DNA of 41,537 nt from Microthyrium microscopicum (lineage: Eukaryota): assembly GCA_010405405.1 (NCBI GenBank), contig MU004235.1, positions 1,995,539-2,037,075 of the forward strand, given 5' to 3'. This document shows, piece after piece, positions 36,040-41,537 of this stretch. Below the pieces are notes generated by a model, which was given only the letters and a program-made list of their open reading frames with translations, made no database searches and had not been told where the DNA came from. The translations under genes and the position numbers were made by a program. The first letter of the stretch is position 1; every line of letters starts with the position of its first letter.

Positions 36040-36670
36040 CTACTTGTTATATCGCACTTGATGGCTGCCATAGCACATGATAAACAATTTTCAGCAATCC
36101 TCAAACCTTTGATCTTCAACATCTTAACGACCTACATTCCAAATTTCACACAATTTGGGCAGTTTTTCGTAACTATCATCGCATTGGACGATTCCCACCG
36201 CACTCGATGGCTGCCATAGCACTCGATGGAAGACCGGAAGAAATCCAGCATTTTCATATGTTCAATATCCTAAAGTCCCGAACCCCCAATTCTGCACAGT
36301 CTTGACACTGTCATGGAAATCCCATTGCATTTGATATTTCCCATCGCATCGATTGCTTTTATAGCACTGAATAGTAAACCTGAAGGGACACAAAAAGCTT
36401 AGGATTCTTGACATGCAAGATATGTTGACATGCTAATCTCTCAATTTTCTATAATTCTAGAACTGTATCAGCAATATCGCATTTGATAATTCTCATCGCC
36501 TTCGATGGCTGCCATAGCAGTTGATGGTAAAGCTGAAGTTATCCGAGAATTTCTCACCTTTTTGAAATCTTGATGTCCCCGGCTACCAATTATATGCAAT
36601 CTTGACGCTTTGTTGAAACGCCCATCGCAATTGATGACTGCCATCGCACTTGATGGCTGCCATTGAATTA
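36040..36670. repeat. degenerate ~148-bp tandem repeat (about 5 units)
   Basis: gatggctgccat recurs at ~36060, 36206, 36504 and 36652, with a degenerate copy at ~36351. Each is preceded by a catcgca-like motif. Confidence 0.75.
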
Positions 36671-37179
36671 TCTTGCTACCGAGAAACTATCGGGTTCGCA
36701 AATTTGACGGACTGAAAAATCTCAAAAGCCGTTCGCTCTGGGATGAGAAAAATCGGACTGCTTGGCTATGCGCTCTTCCCAAATCCTAAGATAGATGAAA
36801 TGATGAAATTTTCGACTCCAAGACATAATGTGAGTTGAACTGCTCGTGGAAAAGCGAAATCAGGAGGAGGTGAAGTTGGAGACAGTGCGCAAGTCCCAGG
36901 CGACATCCTTCCTATTTAGGCAATAGACCATCCGTCCATCCCCCCCTGGCCAGGGTTGTGATTTAATTTAATTTAATTAATTAATGCCAAATTAAAATTA
37001 ATTAATGCTAGCTTACACTAAAATTAATTAATTAATGCCTACCTTGAATTAATACTAAATTAATTAAGATAATATTAATTAATTTTAATAATTAATTTAA
37101 ATTAATAAAATAGAAATATACTATTTAAGCTATAAAAATTATATTAATCTCTTCGTCTAGGTTCGCTAGTTTTAGATCT

Positions 37180-37764
37180 NNNNNNNNNNNNNNNNNNNNN
37201 NNNNNNNNNNNNNNNNNNNNNNNNNNNNNNNNNNNNNNNNNNNNNNNNNNNNNNNNNNNNNNNNNNNNNNNNNNNNNNNNNNNNNNNNNNNNNNNNNNNN
37301 NNNNNNNNNNNNNNNNNNNNNNNNNNNNNNNNNNNNNNNNNNNNNNNNNNNNNNNNNNNNNNNNNNNNNNNNNNNNNNNNNNNNNNNNNNNNNNNNNNNN
37401 NNNNNNNNNNNNNNNNNNNNNNNNNNNNNNNNNNNNNNNNNNNNNNNNNNNNNNNNNNNNNNNNNNNNNNNNNNNNNNNNNNNNNNNNNNNNNNNNNNNN
37501 NNNNNNNNNNNNNNNNNNNNNNNNNNNNNNNNNNNNNNNNNNNNNNNNNNNNNNNNNNNNNNNNNNNNNNNNNNNNNNNNNNNNNNNNNNNNNNNNNNNN
37601 NNNNNNNNNNNNNNNNNNNNNNNNNNNNNNNNNNNNNNNNNNNNNNNNNNNNNNNNNNNNNNNNNNNNNNNNNNNNNNNNNNNNNNNNNNNNNNNNNNNN
37701 NNNNNNNNNNNNNNNNNNNNNNNNNNNNNNNNNNNNNNNNNNNNNNNNNNNNNNNNNNNNNNNN
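37180..37764. other. assembly gap (585 N)
   Basis: Run of N. Confidence 1.
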
Positions 37765-39969
37765 TCTACTACGCTATTAGTAATAATAAGAATATTATTA
37801 TCTAGACTCTTCTTTTTACTAGTAGTATTACTACTATTTAAATTAGATAAATCTATATTAGATTCTATAGTAAAGAATATAGTTTTAAGCTTTCTATATT
37901 CTTCTTTAAGTAGTTCTTTTACATCTTCTTTTATAGTACTAGATAGTTTATATAAAAGACCTTCTTTTTCTTTAAAATACTCTAATTTAAATCTAGGATC
38001 TAAAATAGTACTTATTAAGTAAGGTTTTAAATATTTAAATTATTTAGAAGTAATATTTTTAGGAAAATAATGCTCTAGCTTAGTAATTCCTTTATCTATA
38101 ATACTTCTAAGATTATCTATATCTACTAACTAACCTAAACTAAGCTAATCTAAATTATTAAGCATATAATATTGCTTTTCTTCTAGTTTTTTATATATAT
38201 TTATAATATATAATAAACTAGTATTAATAGTAGTATAAACTTATACTTATAAACTAATAAAAGGTTTAATAAATATTTCTAGAATATCTCTAATAGCTTC
38301 TAAAATAAGCTATTCTTTAGAAGTAATAATTACCTCTTTAAATTCTTTATCTTTAGTATTATTACTAATATAATCTACTATATCTCTAATAATAATTAAA
38401 AAATATAGCATATTATAAGTAGAATTCTATCTAGTTATATTATTACTACTTATTCTAGTTTTATTATAATCTTTAGAAATTAAACCTTCTTCTTTAAACT
38501 TTTTAAGGCCTTCTAAATATAACTTTTTAGGATCTTAGTTATATTTAATATAAGAAACTACTTTATATACTTTAAACATTAAACTACTATATTCTTTATT
38601 ACTAATAGTAGTAGTTATTTATATAGCTATTCTACCTCTAGGGTAATCACTAGTAGCTAGAATAATATTATAAATAAGTCATTTATTTATACCTAAAGTT
38701 TTACGTCTAGTACTTAAAAACTTCTTAATTTTAGTTTTATTAATATAATTAGAAAACTCTTCTTTAACGCTTTTATCTAATAAGAAACAAGTAAATATAT
38801 CTTTAGCTACTAAATTAATAATATAAGTAGCATAGCAAATATTAAATAATTTATTAAATATTAAAATATTTTTAGTTTCTTATATTTATACTAGATTTTT
38901 AAATATAAACTCTAGTAGTTTATTATTCTTAATAGTATTATCTCTAGTTATAGAAATAATATCTATAAAATCTAAATTATATAAACTAATAATATTAAGT
39001 AATTTATTATATATATATAAACTAGTTTTACTTTCTATTAATTTAGTAAAACTAATTAAGTTATATTTAGTTTTTAAATCTATATTAATATAGACTAGAA
39101 TTATACCTAGATAAGCTATACTAGTATTAAATATCTAACTATCTAATACTAAAGAAAAAGATCTATTAGCTTCTTTAGCTCTTTTAATAGATAATTTAAA
39201 TTCCTCTAGACCTAAATTAAAGGTTTTAACTAATAACTCCCTTATTTTCTATCTATTAATAGTAAGAGTAGCTTTATTATAGTAATTTAAAAGTAATTAA
39301 AAAGAATCTAAATTATATATATTAAAAGATAAATTATTTTTAATAAGAAAGTTTAGTACTTTAGTTAAAGCTTCTTCTTCTATAAATTTAGTTAAAGTAG
39401 AAGATCTTAATTATTTATTAGGATTACTAGATTTAGCTAAATTAAAAAAATTAGAACTATTTCTACTACTAATAATAGCTAGTGTAAGCTTAGTAAGAGT
39501 TCTTTCTATTTTCTTATTATAAGCTATAGCAGAATACTTTAATTTATAATACTAAATATAATTAGAAGATATAAATCCATCTACTTTAATCTTAGTTTTA
39601 GAATAACTATATAAAGAATATTATATTTTATAGGATCATAGCTCTCTTAAATTAATAGGATATAGCTCACAAGTATATAATCCCTAACTAAAAATATAAA
39701 TTAGATCGTCTTTAGGTTTAGGAAGACTAAAATTAGATTTATTAGATTTATTATTAATAAAAGTAGTTAAATTTACTAAGTCTTCTTAAAAACTAGAATT
39801 ACTTCTAGAATTACTTCTAAAAGTAATTCTATAGTTATCTCTACTAGGTAAACTAGATAAATCTATATTATCTATTATCTCGCTATTATTATTATTAGGA
39901 TTATCTCCTAAATAAAAAGACGAATTAGGTATTAAACTATTTATAGTAAATATATATATATATTTACAT

Positions 39970-40215
39970 CTAGATAAGAAAATCTAAATAGATAGTCTTA
40001 TAGAGCGTATTTAATATAGTATAAAACTATATTAACTTTATCTTAAAGTTATAGTATAACTAAATAATAAAAATAATTATTATTTTTATAAAAATAATAA
40101 TTAATAACTTATTAAGGCTAGATAAGAGAATCTAAATAGATAGTCTTATAGAGCGTATAAAATATAGTATAAAACTATATCTATTTTATCTTATAGCTAT
40201 AATATAACTATAAAA
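39970..40215. repeat. ~90-bp direct repeat upstream of the hAT transposase
   Basis: ctagataaga(a/g)aatctaaatagatagtcttatagagcgtat... at ~39970 and ~40119. Confidence 0.85.
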
Positions 40216-40239
40216 TAAAATTAATTCCCTTTAATTCTC

Positions 40240-41537
40240 TAATATATTATAAGGAATCCTTATAGGTTTAGTATTGTAGTGTTTAGATGCTAAGATCTAA
40301 TCCTATAGATAAGATCTCTTTATTCTATTTAGGGTTAGTGTGTCTAAGGATATCCTAGGCCTCTACTTCTTTGTATTCGTAGCTATATCTTTAGATCTCT
40401 TTTCTCTATACTTAGATCTTATAATACTAGCTACTTTTTACTTACTTATTATGCCTATTAGCTCCTTATATAATCTAAGTACCTTTATATTAAATTTTAC
40501 GCTCTATATATATTTTATGCATTGTTAATAAATACGTAGAGGCGTTTAATAATTCCTATTAGATTACTATAGTTATATTATAAATCTAACTAATTAGTAT
40601 TTAGTAATACTACCTTTAATTAAGATTAGCGTTACTAAAGATACTAGTAAATTTATAAATACTAACTAGAGTAATATAAATTTAGCATTATTTGCTAAAA
40701 TAAAGACTACTTAGAGGCCTAAGCTTTACCTTATAGTATTCTTCTTAGATCTATAAAGGCATTTATACTACTTTTTCTTTACTAACTATAAAATATACTT
40801 ACCTTATTTCTTATTAAATCTATATCTATTAATTTATTAAATTAGTTCTAATTTATTAAGAAACACTATATTATTTAGCTACGTATTATTATAAGTAAAG
40901 CACTACTTATTCCTAGTCTTAAACTAGTATTCTTAAATAATTCTTATATTATCTATAAGCATAGTAGCGTTAGTATTTAAAGTTACTTAGTTTTACCCTA
41001 CTATAGTAAAGATAGCTATTTTGCTAAGAAGTTAGTTATCCTAGATATAGGAACTAATTAATAGTCTATTATTATATTAACGCTATAGTAAGAGAGTATC
41101 CTAATAGTTAAATCTATTAAAAAGTTACCTTTATTACCTAAAGTAGTTTTAGATAATAAAGATAAAGAATTCCTCTATTAAAATACTTAAGTTAGTATTA
41201 ATATTTAATAACTTTATAAGATTATTACTAGACTATTAACTATAGTATCTATTATGCTAGTAAGTATAATAAAAGAGCTAAGATTAAAAGATAAAGAGGT
41301 ATTAACCTCTAATACTATTATTAGTAGTCTATTAGATAAAAGCGCGTTAGAAGTAAGATTACCTATTAATATCTACTATTAGCTAGAATTACTAGTACAT
41401 AAAAAAGAACCTTATAATATTCTTATATTATTTCTACTCTATCTATCCTTAGAACTAGTAAACCTTAATAGTAAAGTTATATTACTTATTAGTATAAAGC
41501 CTTTATTTATATAGGTATTATATAGAGTTAGACTAAA
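40240..41537. mobile_element. RIP-degenerated repeat relic of unresolved class
   Basis: Extreme AT content, TpA excess, and visible scarcity of CpA/TpG. No diagnostic motif recovered by eye. Confidence 0.5.

Larger units (their letters stand above)
36951..40230 (-). mobile_element. RIP-inactivated hAT-superfamily DNA transposon (right boundary approximate)
   Basis: Abrupt AT-rich start at CAGGGTTGTG. The minus strand reads FSLVLDS*IF (LDxWTS, ~39140), ITRDNT (DNA, ~38945), ICYATYIINLVAKD (RCxAHxxNL, ~38825), NITR*NSTYNML (TRWNST, ~38425) and ILDPRFK (~37995). Differences from the consensus motifs are C>T/G>A transitions. Confidence 0.88.

Noticed and set aside
40340..40528. 62-aa hydrophobic ORF
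   Set aside because: Compositional artefact of AT-rich RIP-mutated DNA.

Overview
Fungal (filamentous ascomycete-type) genomic DNA: short GT-AG introns with CTAAC/CTGAC branch points, and a RIP-type AT-rich block at the right end. All exon boundaries were assembled by hand and are unverified. Three zones. (1) 0.7-9.7 kb: a head-to-tail array of nine small minus-strand paralogs, plus one degenerate copy, that the ORF track fragments because of introns. All share a near-invariant motif W-P-R-x-C-P-L-C-Q-x3-C-H/S-L-L-C-P-Y-L-K/R-A (CxxC-x4-C-x3-CP) followed by a Lys/Glu-rich tail. Eight of the nine also carry an upstream CS[E/Q/H] motif, and the N-termini are highly variable and often Arg-rich. 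Every intron I could confidently place in the nine motif-bearing copies is phase 1. I do not recognise this family; it is the best candidate for an undescribed system. (2) 10.1-35.2 kb: conserved genes (Avt3-type vacuolar amino acid transporter, DUF6594-like membrane protein, Vhc1/SLC12 cation-chloride cotransporter, BiP/Kar2, exportin-T/Los1 with an apparent GC-AG intron, eIF2-gamma, S-formylglutathione hydrolase, a 4-TM protein, an F-box protein). (3) 35.7-41.5 kb: a degenerate ~148-bp satellite, then an abrupt switch to AT-rich DNA holding a RIP-destroyed hAT transposase, an assembly gap and a second unresolved relic.
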